Assembly (NCBI RefSeq): GCF_009914755.1
Contig: NC_060934.1
Strand: one strand, 5' to 3'
DNA: 64,000 nt
Source of the DNA: the human T2T-CHM13v2.0 reference genome, Homo sapiens
Shown: positions 47,009 through 61,974 of the stretch, in pieces
Position numbering within the stretch: the first letter of the stretch is position 1
Layout of the letters: the number at the start of each line of letters is the position of its first letter
Notes under the pieces: generated by a model
Seen by the model: the letters and a program-made list of their open reading frames with translations, nothing else
What the model was told of the DNA's origin: nothing
The model's database searches: none
Position numbers and translations under genes: made by a program

Positions 47009-47959
47009 CAGGCTTACTGATATAAAATTCACATACCATACAATTCACTAATGTAAAATGTATCATTCAATGGTTTTTAATATATTCACGGAATTGTACG
47101 ACCATTAGAAACTCAATTCTAGTCACTTTCATCATTCCCGGAAGAAACCACAGACCCATAGCAGTCACTCGTAATTTGCCACCATACACCCCCTGTCGTA
47201 GGCAACCATTAATCTACTTTGTGTCTATGGATTTGCCTGTTCTAGAAATTTCACATAAAAGGAATTATACAGTTTGTGTTCTTTGGTGTCTGGCTTCTTT
47301 CACTTAGCATGTTTTCAGGGTTCATCCATGTTTTAGCATATGTCAGCACTACAATCCTTTTTAAAGCTGAATAGTGTTTTACTGTATGGATATACCACAT
47401 TTTATTTGTCTCTTCTTCAGTTGACAAACATTTGGGTTGTTTCCATTCTTTAGGTATTATGAATAATGCTGCTAGAAATATTATTATTTTTGTACAGCTG
47501 GGACTACAGGTATAGGTATATGTATAGGTATGTATCCTATTTCTCTTGGGGATATGCCTAGGAGTGGATATATTGGGTTATAAAAGGTAAATCTGTGTTT
47601 AATTGTTTGAAGAACTGCTGGACTGTTTTCCAAAACAGTTGCTTTGGAAACACGGGCATTCCAATTTCTTCACATCCTCACAAACAACTGTCATTATCCG
47701 TCTTTGTGGGTATGAAGTGTTTTTTATTGTGGTTATAATTTGCATTTCCCTAATGGCTAATGATAGTAAAAACCTTCTCATGTGCTTAATAGTTATTAGC
47801 ATATCTTCTTTGGAGGACTATCCATTCCAATCCTTTGCCCTTTTTTAATCAAATTATCTTTTTATTATTGAGTCTTAACAGTTCTTTATGTATTCTAGAT
47901 ACTGTCCTTTATGACATATATAATTTGCAACTATTTTCTCCCATTCTGTGAATCGCCTT

Positions 47960-48099
47960 TTTCCTTTTCCTTTTTTTTTTTTTTCTGAGTCGTTCTCGCT
48001 ATGTTGACCAAGCTGGTCTCAAACTCCTGGACTCAAACAATCCTCTGCTTTGGCCTCCCAAAGTGCCAGGATTACAGGCATGAGTCCCTGTGCCCAGCC
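47960..48099 (-). mobile_element. Alu left monomer (FLAM-like)
   Basis: Antisense monomer with T tail. Confidence 0.85.
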
Positions 48100-48479
48100 T
48101 GATATGGTTTGGATTTGTGTTCTTGCCCCAATCTCATGTTGAATTATAACCCCCAATGTTGGAGGACAGGCCTGGTGGGAAGTGATTGGATCGTGGGGGC
48201 AAACTTCCCCCTTGCTGTTCTTGTGATGGTGAGTTCTCATGAGATCTGGTTGTTTAAAAGTGTGTAGCACCTCCCCCTTCTCTCTCTTCCTCCTGCTTCA
48301 GCCATGCAGGCTGTGTCTGCTTCCCATTCACCTTCTGCCATGATTGTAAGTTTCCTGAGGCCTCTGCAACCATGCTTCCTATATGACCTGAAGATCCATC
48401 AGCCAATTAAGCCTATTTTCTTTATGAATTACCCAGTCTCAGGTAGTTCTTTATAGCAATGCGAGAATGGACTAATGCA
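48100..48479 (+). mobile_element. MSTA/MSTB solo LTR
   Basis: TGATATGGTTTGGA...GGACTAATGCA; TSD CAGCC/TAGCC. Confidence 0.85.
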
Positions 48480-49535
48480 TAGCCCTTTTCACTTTCTTGA
48501 TATTGTCCTTTGCTGCACAAAGTTTTCTAATTTTGATACATTTATCTATTTTTATTTTGTCACTTGTCCTTTTGGTATCATATCTTAAAAAAATCCAATC
48601 CAAGGCCATTAAATTTGTATCTATGCTTTTTCTGAGAGTTTTAAGGCTTACCTTTAAGCCTCTTATTAATTTTGAGTTAATTTTTGTTTATGATATGAGG
48701 TAGGAGTCCAGCTTTTCTTTGGCAGATGGATATACAGTTTCCCCAGTACAATTTGTTGAAGAGATTATTTTTCCCCATTGAATTGTTTTGGCATTGTTTT
48801 GTATTGTTTCCACTGATTTACTGAAAATTAATTGACCACAAATAATGTATGAGTTTATTTCTAGACTCAATTCTATTCTATAGAATAGAATAGAATACCA
48901 GTACCACACTATCTTAATTACTGTAGTTTTGTAATACGTTTTGAAGCTGAGTCTCCTATTTTGTGCTTCTGTTTCAGGATTGTCATGGCTATTCTGGGTC
49001 CCTTGAATTTCCATATTAGTTTTAGTATCTACTTGTCAATTAAAAAAATTCATTTGAGATTTTTGACAGAGATTGCATTAAATCTGTAGATCAATTTGAA
49101 GAGTACTGTCATTTTTAAAATATTGTTTTCTGATCCATGCACATGGAATGTTTTTCCAGTTATTTAGGTCTTCTTTAGTTTCTTTCAATGATGTTTTATA
49201 GTTTTAAGGTATATGTTTTACACTTCTTTTGTTAAACTTATTCCTAAGTTTTTTATCTTTTTCATGCTATTAGAAAACAAATTATTGTTTCTATTTTATT
49301 TCATATTATTCATTACAAGTATATATAACAAAATTGATTTTGTATATTAATCTTATGTCCTGCAATCTTGCTGAACTTATTAGTTTTAATAGTATGGTGA
49401 GTTCCTAAAAATTTTCTATAAACAAGATCACGCCATCTGCAAGTAAAGATAGTTTTACCTTTTCTTTTCCAATCTGGAAGCCTCTTATTTCATTTTCTTG
49501 TATAACTGCTCTGGCTAGAACCTCCAGCACAATAC

Positions 49536-50669
49536 TGTATTAGTCAGGGTTCTCCAGAGAGACAGAATGAATAGGATAGATATATAGAAGTAGGCAGGAA
49601 ATGTATTAGAGGAATTGGCTCACAGGATAATGGGGGCTGAGAAGTCCCACAACCGGTTGTCCTCAAGTTGGACAACCAGGAAGACTGGCAGCCTGTCTCC
49701 ATCTAAGTCCAAAGGCCTCAGAATCAGGGTAGCCAATGGCATCACTCTATCAATCTAAGGCCCAAGATCTGAGAATCCTGGGGCCACTGGTGCACATGCC
49801 AGAGTCCAAAGGACAGAGGACCTGGAGCTCTGATGTCCAAGGGCAGTAGAAGAAGTGTTGCAGCTCCAGCAAAGACCTTTCCCCTGTCTTTTTTTCTATC
49901 CAGGCCCGGAGTCAATTGGACAGTGATCACCCACATGGAGGGTGGATCTTCCTCACTTAGTCTACCACTCATACACCAATCTCGTCCAGAAACACCCTCA
50001 CAGACACACGCAGAAATAATGTGTTATTAGCTATCTAGGTGTTTTTTAATCCAGCCAGGTTGACAAATGTATTAGGGTTCTCCAGAGGGGCAGAACCAAC
50101 AGGATACATATACATGTGAAAGGGAATTTATTAGGGAGAACTGCCTCACACAATTACAAGGTAAGTCCCATGATAGGCTGTCTGCAAGCTGGGGAAGAGA
50201 GAAGCTGGTAGTGGTCAGTCCAAGTCCTAAAGCCTCAAAACTGGGGAAGTCAATAGTGCAGCCTTCAGTCTGTGGCCAAAGGCCCTAGACCCCCCGGCAA
50301 GCCACTGGTGCAAGTCCCAGAGTCTAAAGGCCGAAGAACCTGGAATTTGATGTCCAAGGGCAGGAGGAGTAGAAGGAAGCATCCAGCACAGGAAGAGGAA
50401 ACAGAGCCAGAAGACCCAGCAAGCTGCTTATCCCACCTTCTTCTACTGCTTCGCTCTTGCCATGCTGGGCAGCTGACTGGATGGTGCCCACCCACAGCAA
50501 GGGTGGGTCTTCCTCTCCCACTCCACCAACTCAAATGTCAATCTCCTCTGGCAAGCCCCTCAGAGACACACCCAGAAAAAATACTTTACCAGGCATCTAA
50601 GCCTCCCTTAGTCCAATCAAGTTGACACCTAATATTAACCATCACAGCACCTAAAATTTACTGTTCACA
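49536..50669 (-). mobile_element. MLT2 (ERVL) LTR with a second MLT2 LTR (50068-50646) nested inside
   Basis: Two TGTATTAG..GGGTTCTCCAGAG starts; outer 5-bp TSD AATAC (49531-49535, 50670-50674). Confidence 0.85.
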
Positions 50670-50843
50670 AATACTGAACAGAAGTGGTGAGAATGGATAT
50701 CCTTGTCTTGTCTCTGAGCTTAGGAGAAAAGCTTTCAGCCCTTCACCATTCAGTGTCATGTTAGCTGTGGGTTCTTCATAGATGTCTTTTTCAGGTTGAA
50801 GAAGTTCCCTTCTATTCCTAGTCTGTTGAGTGTGTATGTGTGG

Positions 50844-51138
50844 GTTTTTTTTTTTTTTTTCTGTTTCTTTTGGAGTTTTGCTCTGTCACTGGAGTGCAGT
50901 GGCATGATCTTGGCTCACTGCAACCTTAGACTTCTGTTCAGGTGCTTCTCCTGCCTCAGCCTCCCGAGTAGCTGGGACTACAGGTATGTGGCACCACGCC
51001 CAGCTAATTTTTGTATTTTTAGTAGAGATGGGGTTTCACCATGTTGGCCAGGATGATCTCGATCTCCTGACCTCATGATCTGCCTGCCTCGGCCTCCCAA
51101 AGTGCTGGTATTACAGGTGTGAGCCACCGTGCCTGGCC
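50844..51138 (-). mobile_element. AluSc-like
   Basis: Antisense Alu dimer. Confidence 0.88.
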
Positions 51139-51399
51139 GAGTGTGAGTGTTTTTTTTTTTTTTAAAAACATGAAGAGGCATTCGATTTTGTCAAATGCTT
51201 TCTCTGCACAAGACATCCTCTTTGCCTTTGCTTTTCAATCTGGAAGCTTTTTCTATGCCACCCGCATAACTTGCTATTTCTCATTCTTACAAGTCTCTAC
51301 TTCAGGGCATTCCTGGATCATCCTATTTTAAAGTCCCCACCCATCACTCTATCTTCTCCATTCATGCAACCACAGAACCTTCAAAGTACTCAGCCATTA

Positions 51400-51853
51400 T
51401 GAAACCAACCCAACAGTCCCATATAGCTTTTTTTTTTAAAAAAAAGAATAAATAAACATAGAAATTGAACTTTCTGGTCTTAACATTTGAAACTTATATT
51501 TGTTTTATCTGAGATCCTTCCTCAGGAAATGACCTTCAGGCCTCTCAAAAAAAGTATCAAAGAAATGAAACTCACCAGATCACATCCAGACAATAAAATG
51601 TGGACGCTGATTCAACATGATTGCTTCCAAGCCCCTTCTGAGTTCCTGTTTTCCCACACATGATTACATTTCTTCCCTGCTATATAGCCAGTTTTGGTCA
51701 GTCAGAGAGATGGATTTGAGACTGAGCTCCCATCTCCTCGGCTGCAGCACCCAATTAAAGCCTTCTTCCTTGGCAACACTTGTTGTCTCAGGCATTGGCT
51801 TTCTGTGCAGTGAGCAGCAGGACCCAGATTGAACCCCTGGTGTTTTGGTAACA
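51400..51853 (+). mobile_element. Solo LTR, LTR47A-like
   Basis: TGAAACCAACCCAA...GGTAACA, TSD ATTA, TATATA and ATTAAA signals. Confidence 0.75.
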
Positions 51854-52938
51854 ATTACTATTAATATATGTACATATTCTGATGACACTTGTATTAATAT
51901 AAAGTTTGGTATTTGCCAGCACATATTCATAATTTTAGTCCTTGCAATAATAGTATCTACAAAGTGAATACTATTATAAGCATCTTACACATAAGGAAAT
52001 TGAAAGAGAGGTTACATGTCTTTTCCAAGATCATGCAGTTTATTAAGTGTCAAACCCAGGATTAAAACCCAAGCCACTGAGCTGCAGATACCAGGCTCTT
52101 AAACATTTGCTATTGTGTCTCTCAATGATTACCTTTCCTTAATTGTTAATGTATTTATTATCTAAACATGAGCACTGTCAACCTCAGTTTTTGCTGCATC
52201 CCTAGCATCTAACACCATCCATGGCTGGTGCGCAATCAATATTTAATGAACAAATGGAACACTGGTCTTAAGATGCCTCACAAGAAAATAGTTCCATGGA
52301 ACTCTGGTGAGCACTGCCCACTACTCACACCCATCAAGATTCACAAAGCTCATTAGTTTTGAAGAAGGTCATTTAACTTTAATCCAATGCTTTCCAAACG
52401 CACTTAGGCATAGACCCATCCTCTGACCCAGGTCCCCACTGTATTAGTGGTGTAGGGAGCTGTGTTCCAGGGAACACACTTTGAGAACTCCTGCTCCAGA
52501 GAGGCAGGTCAAATAGCACAGTTTCCAGAAGGGTGCTCCTGTTCTCACTCCTTTGGCTGGCTCTGCTCCTATGTAAAGGTCCTATCTAATTCACACTCCC
52601 CGAAAGCTCCCTAATAGCCACGGCTCAGCTCAGAAAGAAAACCACAGCTGTAAGCTTTCCTGTTCTTTCCTGAAGTTCATAAAGGGCACACTGGGACACA
52701 TGACCATCGAGGAAAAATGAAGACATTTCCAACCATCACAGTGGCTCAGCTCTCCTGTATGTCTATGGTTCCACACCGCATCACAGAGGCCGCTTTAATC
52801 TTCTTCGAGCTCTGGTTTGTTGAACATGATTCAAACAAAATCACCCTTCACAATGTGCTTTAATCTCTTCTAACAGTGCAAGCAAAGCCAATAATGTGTT
52901 AACCACAAAAGTGTCATATTTCTTTCCTCAATACTTAC

Positions 52939-53038
52939 CTTAACGCCGATATTTAAATCATGGCTTCGATGTGAAATGACTTCAAAATCATCATATCTCA
53001 GCTTTTCAAGTCCTCAAGGCCATCCACTTGAACTCTCT
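52939..53038 (-). other. SVIL: 100-nt internal 5'-UTR exon of the non-muscle leader
   Basis: Acceptor TTTGTCCTTTTTCAG| (AG at 53040-53039), consensus donor AAG|GTAAGT; sequence recalled from the SVIL leader. Confidence 0.8.
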
Positions 53039-53443
53039 CTGAAAAAGGACAAAGTCTCTACTGAAAAATCTGAGAAAGAAAATAGCAAACAATACAAGAC
53101 AACCACACGTACGAATGAAACTGGATACTCTGCTGTGATTAATCTGCTGCCTCCAAAGAGCTTTTTCCCTTTCAAATACTCATCAACATCAGCAACTACA
53201 GATTACAGGCAGTGGTTAAAGTATCTTTTTAAACCTCTTATAAAAAGTGCTCAATAAAAGAATGCATTTTTCCCATTCATCGTAAACTCAGTGAATAAAG
53301 TCATTTCTATGCAATGGTTCTCCAAAGCTCTTATTTTTCTGGGAGGACTAAAATTGTATTATTTGGTCTATAAGCAAGAATCATTTTTGGTAAATATGAG
53401 TACTTTCTAAATTCAAATTTAAAATCAGATCCAAATATAGGGA

Positions 53444-53748
53444 TGGCCAGGCATGGTGGCTCCCACCTGTAATCCTGGCACTTTGGAAGGTTGAAGTGGG
53501 AGGACTGCTTGAGGCCAGGAGTTCAAGACCAGTCTGCAACAAAGTGAAACCCTGTCTATACAAAAAATTGAACAAATTAGCTGAGCGTGGAGGTGTGCTC
53601 CTGTGCTCCCAGCTACATGGGAGGCCAAGGCAGGAGGATCACTTGAGTCCAGGAGGTTAAGGCTGCAGTGAGCCATGTTTGGATCACTGTACTTCAGCCT
53701 GGGCAACAAGGAAGACCCTGTCTTTAAAAAAATTAAAAACAAAAGAAC
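53444..53748 (+). mobile_element. AluJ
   Basis: TSD AAATAT.G.GG. Confidence 0.88.
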
Positions 53749-53955
53749 AAATATGGAGGCTTGGGAACAGCAGCCTTGCCACAAAGGGACAACTGAGAAA
53801 ATAAGAAATGGGTTGAAATTCATCACGAAGTTGGATGGAACTAACAAAGACCCAATTCCACAGAAAAAGACATGCTGGGTGGAGAGTTAGGAGACTGGAA
53901 TAACTCACCGAAGGCATCAGGGTGAGTGATTTGGCTATGACTTGGTCTATGTCAA

Positions 53956-54458
53956 GCATTCCAGGCAGAGACAATCTCTGCATTTATTTTCCTCAAAGAG
54001 TGAGGGGAAACCCCACCTATGCTAGAATGTACCAGAGTAGAATTAAGGCAAACATGCATTTCCCCTTGTGGTTTGCCTGACGAGGTGCAATTTGTATGAA
54101 AGATGACTCACAAGGTTACAGAGTCATTCTTTAGACTCGAGGGTTGACACTCTGTGTGGTTCTTAATGACTCAGCCTGGGAGAGGTCCCCAACACAGAAG
54201 GCTCCAGCCCTGCAATCCCAGACTACAGAGGAAAGCCCCTCGTTTATCAGCTGGTTAGTGGTTAACAAGCGTGGCTTTGGGAAGTCTTTTGTCTTAGGCT
54301 ATTGAGTTCCATCTTCTCATCTCCTCTCTGTTGTCTACTCAGCACTTCCTTGTATTCTTACCGCCGGAAAAAGTCAGAAAAGAATTCACTCAAGCACAGA
54401 GGGCTCTGAACTGGGCAACAGCTGGCACCACACCAGGCATTGCAAGAAACCACAGCTG
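53956..54458. promoter_or_regulatory. Candidate AP-1/TEAD/RUNX enhancer
   Basis: TGACTCA at 54104 and 54167; TGTGGTT at 54067 and 54155, AACCACA at 54448; GCATTCCA at 53956. Confidence 0.45.
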
Positions 54459-55006
54459 AATTCCTTGGCGCTCATTTTTATAAATATTCCACAGGAAGGA
54501 TGTCAGAAGCCTGGTTTATCCAGCATAGAGAGAATGGGGTTCATCTCCAGAAGCCCAGCCCCAGAGGCAACTTCTAGGAAAAAATCATCTTGTGATGGGT
54601 GCGGGGTCAAAGGGGAGTCAGCCCATGTGAAGTTCCCACAAGGTTAAAAAATAAATTATTGTCACCACTGCCTGGTGGAATTCAGACAGTCATGAACTCA
54701 TTCTTGTAAGCCACAGAGATGGTTGCGGTAAACACAGACAAATTATTGGGTTTAAGCAGACCGTTTTTTGTTCCAACAATAAAAAAAATCATTTTCCCTT
54801 TCCTCCACAAATCTCTTTATTACTAAAAAGCTTTGATGCCTTGAGAACTGGGCTAGATCAATGTAAGCCTCTCTTTTTCCCCTGGGACTCCTCCTTAGGG
54901 CTCCAAACTGGTTTAAAAAATCCTTTGCCTGCTTAGGAAAAGGAGACCCTCTTATTGAACCAGCCACAAAAGAAAGAAAAAGAAAACTACTCAAAAAGAA
55001 AACAGG

Positions 55007-55636
<630 letters not shown>

Positions 55637-55856
55637 TCATCCCTCCCTCTTCTTAAAGAGAGTGCTAATCTCTGCCCAGACGCTCACGTCTTCCCCTGGC
55701 TCATTCCCCTCCTGACCTCTGGAGCATGGGCTCTCAAACTCATAGTGTGCACAGCAATCGCCTTGGGGCTCTACAACTGTGAGTCCAGATAGAAGAAAAT
55801 CTGCAGTGAAATCATGAGCTCAGGGACAAAGAAGGAGTTTAAAAAGCCTGTGCCTG

Positions 55857-56195
<339 letters not shown>

Positions 56196-56799
56196 TTAAA
56201 GACAAAGGGAAAACCTCAGTCACTAGAGAGTAAAACTTCAGAATATATTGACAGGAAAACCCCACCATCAACCAGCTTTCATGCAGTCAGGATCATTTAG
56301 GAAAAATAAAAAAGCAAGAATACAAACAGGAAAAGGTCCAAATTTAGGGACAGGTTGAAGTTCGAGAAACGAGTCAAACCGGAATAAAAGCAGAAAAGAA
56401 TTCCAGAGGAAAACAGGGCACCGGAGAAAGGAGAATGAGCATGATTAATGCAGCAGGAGGAGATGCTAGCTAAGCTGGAGCCAGACCAGGAGGGCTTGTC
56501 TCTTCTCTCCGGGGCTCTCTTGACCTTTCCAAGGCATTTCTTTCCGGACAAAACAAACTGTTACTGACTTTCACCAGGTTACCAACCCCCTGTGCAAAAA
56601 CTCTGACTAGACTCTGGGACTAAATCTAGACCAATTGCATCTGGAAGAGAGATATGCCAGACAAAGGCATCCTTTTAGGTTAATGTTTCAAGCCTGTGCT
56701 TTGACAGATGGTGCCCATGGAGGTGCTCACAGTGAATGGATGTTTCTGGTGAGTTTTTATTTTCATTTTCCAAATTCTAGAACTGAAAATCAAATAAAC

Positions 56800-56933
56800 T
56801 TTCTTTCTTTTTTTTTGAGATGGAGTCTCATTATGTTGCTCAGGCTGGTCTTAAACTCCTGGCTTAAAGTGATCCTTCCGTCTTTGGCCTCCCAAAGGGC
56901 TGAGGTTACAGGAGTGAGCCACCATGCCCGGCC
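56800..56933 (-). mobile_element. Alu left monomer (FLAM-like)
   Basis: Antisense monomer. Confidence 0.85.
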
Positions 56934-57798
56934 CCAGTGAGTTTTATTCACATACTACCAAACTACTAGAGTAGCAAGTGCCTCTAGTTCTGGGGCATTG
57001 AGCAGCAACTTATCCCTCTTCACCAAGCAGCCAACAACCCCCACTGCAGACCTCAGGGATGATGCTGCCATGAGACCCAACTTTTATTCTGGCTTCTTTC
57101 TCCAACCTTTTTCCCTAGATGCCTTTAGCAAGGAAACCTGGTTCTTCCAGACATTTTCACAGAGCCTTAGGCACTTCCTCCCCGGTCTCATACAAATCTT
57201 TCAGGATTCAGCCTGGATGCCCCCAGTTTCCAGGAGAGCTTCTCTGACTGCCTTCATCCATCCTCAGAGACCTCCCTGTCTCCTGAATTCATGCCAAACA
57301 CCTGATGCTGATTATAAATAACAATATGGCTAATTCTCAACCATCAAGGGTTGGATTAGCCACAGGAATAATAATACCAATAAGCATAATAATCATTATT
57401 GTTATTTGAACATTTGTAAAAAGTAAATAAATAAAATGCCAAATCAACAAGACCATCTCCCCATTAGAGAAGGTCCCCATTGATTGGAACTGCACAGTGA
57501 CCTGCAGACATCACTGTGTCTGGAGTAGTTCCAGGCATCCATCACCCCTCAGATAGCTGCCTACCACATTAGTGCCCAAGGCTTGCCATTCTGACAGCAA
57601 TAATTCCAGAAGCAAACACATGGATGGGAAAGCCACTAGTAAGTGACTGGACTGTCACATGTGTGAGGCAAGTTAGAAGCAATGAGCAACAATTAAAGTG
57701 GGAAGCTGGCATTAGAAGACAGGGCAGCAGGGATGTATGTGCGCGCGTACACACACACACACACACACACGGAACACTTGGACGAAGGACAAATAATA

Positions 57799-58104
<306 letters not shown>

Positions 58105-58263
58105 GAATAGACCATTTTAAGAGCACTAACCAATGGCCCATTTTATTTGTCAAGAAAACTATAGAAGACTTTGTGATCCTAGACTTGTAATATTTTTACA
58201 CAGTAAGACAGTATCTATAGAATGGTGAATATTGTTCCAAATACTGGATTTTTCAGTAAGTAA

Positions 58264-58731
<468 letters not shown>

Positions 58732-59645
58732 TGAGCCCCATGCTCAACAAAGAGATGCGGAAAGACTGACAGGGAGGCAGTGGGCAGAGCAGCCGCTGGT
58801 TCTCCCGGTGAGTGCTGCTGGCAATCAGCACATCGGCAACTGCAAGAAGATGCTCACAGTCAAAATAGCAACTGACGCCAAGGGCACATCAAGGAGAGGG
58901 AGCTAAAATAAGAACCACAATCCTCCCTGGTGAGATCCAGAAACTCCACTACCCCTCTGTCCTTGGGGATATCTTCCTACGGGACACGTTCCCCATTTGA
59001 TGGTCTTTATGCTGCCATTGGATGACCTTCCCGTGTATCCCATGACAGCACAGGTTCTTAAAAGGACACATCAGGTCCTCATACATTTTTTAGTACACTC
59101 CTGCAAAACCCTGGGAGATGTTCTGATTCAAGGATATGGTATTAACCAAAATCACAAGTGGAAAAATTGAGTTAATGGGCAGAATTCTCAACTTTAAGAA
59201 TCTCTCATACACTTTTTCAAAATGTATATTCATAATTTTTTTTAAATGTATGTTTTTTTTGATGGCTCCTACCACTTGCTTAATAGCAAACACAAAATGA
59301 ATAAATAAGTAGCAAACATTGAAGAAAAACTCAGGTTGGTGTGTGACAGATACATGCATGTGTGAATATGATGTAATATTGTCTATAGCAGGAGACCTCT
59401 GGCTGCCTGGATTCAAGCTCAGCGACCTCTCCCTGTCTCCTTAATTCATGCCAAATGCCTGATCTTGATTATAAATAACAATTACAGCTAATTAATTCTC
59501 AGCCATCCAGGGTTGGTTTAGCCACAGGAATAACAATAATAATAACTGTTGTTATTTGAACATTTGTAAAAAGTAAATAAATAAAATGTCAAATCAACAA
59601 AACCATCTACCCATTAGAGAAGAGTCAATTTTATATTTCGTAATT

Positions 59646-59678
<33 letters not shown>

Positions 59679-59939
59679 TGCACACATACATATATGGATG
59701 CATACATTTGTATATATGATGATAAAGCATATAATGAGCTAAGTCGTAAAACAGAAAAACAGAATGCAACATTTCAACATTTCAGTGTGCCTCAAAGAAC
59801 ACCATGATTTCCTCCAACTGTCCTCAAACCTGAAGAAGTTTGCAAATCATACAATCATATAAGTGTATTTTTACAGAAAGGTCCAGGAGACACTATTCAT
59901 GTAGGCACCTCAATAAAAAGAGAACTAAGAAAGAGGCAA

Positions 59940-60221
59940 GGGCTTATGCCTGTAATCCCAGCACTTTAGAAGGTTGAGGTGGGAGAATTGCTTGAGGCCA
60001 GGAGTTCAAGACCAGCTGGAGCAACATAGTGAGACCCTATGTATATCTCTACAAAATTTTTTTAAGTAAGCCTGTAGTGCCAGCTACTCAGGAGGCTGAG
60101 ATGGGAGGATCACTTGAGCTCAGGAGTTCGAGGCTGCAGTGAGCTGTGATTGCCACCACTGCACTCCAGCCTGGGTGACAGAGCAAGATCTTGTCTCAAA
60201 AAAAAAAAAAAAAAAAAAAAA
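59940..60221 (+). mobile_element. AluJ
   Basis: Alu dimer, long A tail, TSD-like AGGCAA. Confidence 0.88.
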
Positions 60222-60483
60222 GGAGGCAAACGATGGTCTTCCCAGGAGCTTGCAGTAGAGTCAAAGCAATCGTGGTGTCTCAAGATATGTTGATCCCTCT
60301 CTGGACTCCTGAATCCCATACAGTTGCAATCCATGCAATTCAGCACCTGGCGAAGGCAAATATTTTCTGTTGCTCTCTACTGACTTCATAGGTGCACATT
60401 TTCATGAAAATAAATTATTATGCTAGGCCTTGCTCTTTTTTGTCTAGGTGGACAACTAATACCAGACTTAAAAACCTACTGCT

Positions 60484-60799
60484 GGCCAGGCACAGTGGCT
60501 CACGTCTGTAATCCCAGCACTTTGGGAGGCCGAGGCTGGTGGATCACGAGGTCAGGAGATCGAGACCATCCTGGCTAACAAAATGAAACCCCATCTCTAC
60601 TAAAAATACAAAAATTAGCCAGGCATGGTGGCGGACGCCTGTAGTCCCAGCTACTCAGGAGGCTGAGGCAGGACAATGGTGTGAACCCAGGGGGCGGAGC
60701 TTGCAGTGAGCCAAGATTGCGCCACTGCACTCCAGCCTGGACAACAGAGTGAGACTCCATCTCAAAAACAAACAAACAAACAAACAAACAAACAAAAAA
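60484..60799 (+). mobile_element. AluY with (CAAA)n tail
   Basis: AluY diagnostics, TSD CCTACTGCT. Confidence 0.92.
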
Positions 60800-60918
60800 C
60801 CCTACTGCTATGCAAACTATGTTTGGTAAGACAAACATACACTAAGGGCTCCAGTTCACTCTTCATACTCTCTGCCTATCAACCCCCATAACGGGGGAAA
60901 AAAGGGGATGGGTCCTGA

Positions 60919-61209
<291 letters not shown>

Positions 61210-61806
61210 TGATGTTCCACTCTTTAAAAAAATAATACAACAGCTTTGAGAGAGGTAAAAAGGTTTTCACAAGATTTCACGACATCCTAAGTAGTATCTC
61301 CAAGATAAATCTATATGCCTTTTAATAACCATAGAGATTTGCATCTGACTTCTCTGCCTGGGGCAAAAAGGATCTTTGTCACTGCAAAAGTCCCAACATA
61401 GTTTTATATCCCACACCTAAGGATACCTTTTTGCCTGGAAAGACGTGATAGGGATCTCTCCCTAGATCTTGGGATAGGAGTCCACTGCCTCGTACAGACG
61501 ACCCGTGAGCCTGGTACACTTACGCCAAGGTCTCACTAAGGGTGGGTATTACCCTTGAGCTCAGTTTTACTTAGTTTACTACACCCAAGAGAAACAGATG
61601 TGCACTTAGCATCTCCTGAGTACAACACACTGTGTTATGTGCAGAGAAGGAAAAAAGAAACTCCGGCAATAGTGAAGCTAGAAGGACTTCTAAATAAAAG
61701 TAATTTAAAGTTCTAAGTAGAAGGGATTGGAACACAAAATTGAGGGGAAGAAAAGGGAAAGTCATATTCCGAGGTTTCTCTTCAAGGAGGAAAATCACAC
61801 TGGGCA

Positions 61807-61943
61807 TAATATGGTTTGGCTGTGTCTCCACCCAAACCTCATCTTGAATTGTAGCTCCCATAGAGTCCATTAAACTTCTTTCCTTTATAAATTACCCAGT
61901 TTTGGGTATGTCTTTATTAGCAGCATGAGAAAAGACTAATACA
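61807..61943 (+). mobile_element. THE1 solo LTR with a large internal deletion
   Basis: Both THE1 termini joined at GCTCCCATA|GAGTCCATTAAA; TSD GGGCA/GGGTG. Confidence 0.85.
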
Positions 61944-61974
61944 GGGTGTTAGTGCTTGAAGGCTCTGAAGGAGG

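Larger units (their letters stand above)
47010..51210 (-). mobile_element. L1MB-type element with nested Alu, MSTA and MLT2 insertions
   Basis: Antisense L1MB 3' end at 47010; minus-strand ORF2-like peptides (FKTYYKTTVIKIVWYW; IREMQIITT). Confidence 0.85.

Noticed and set aside
46977-47020. Donor-like TCA|GTAAGC followed by UG repeats
   Set aside because: Weak donor at an L1 3' end and no acceptor identified.
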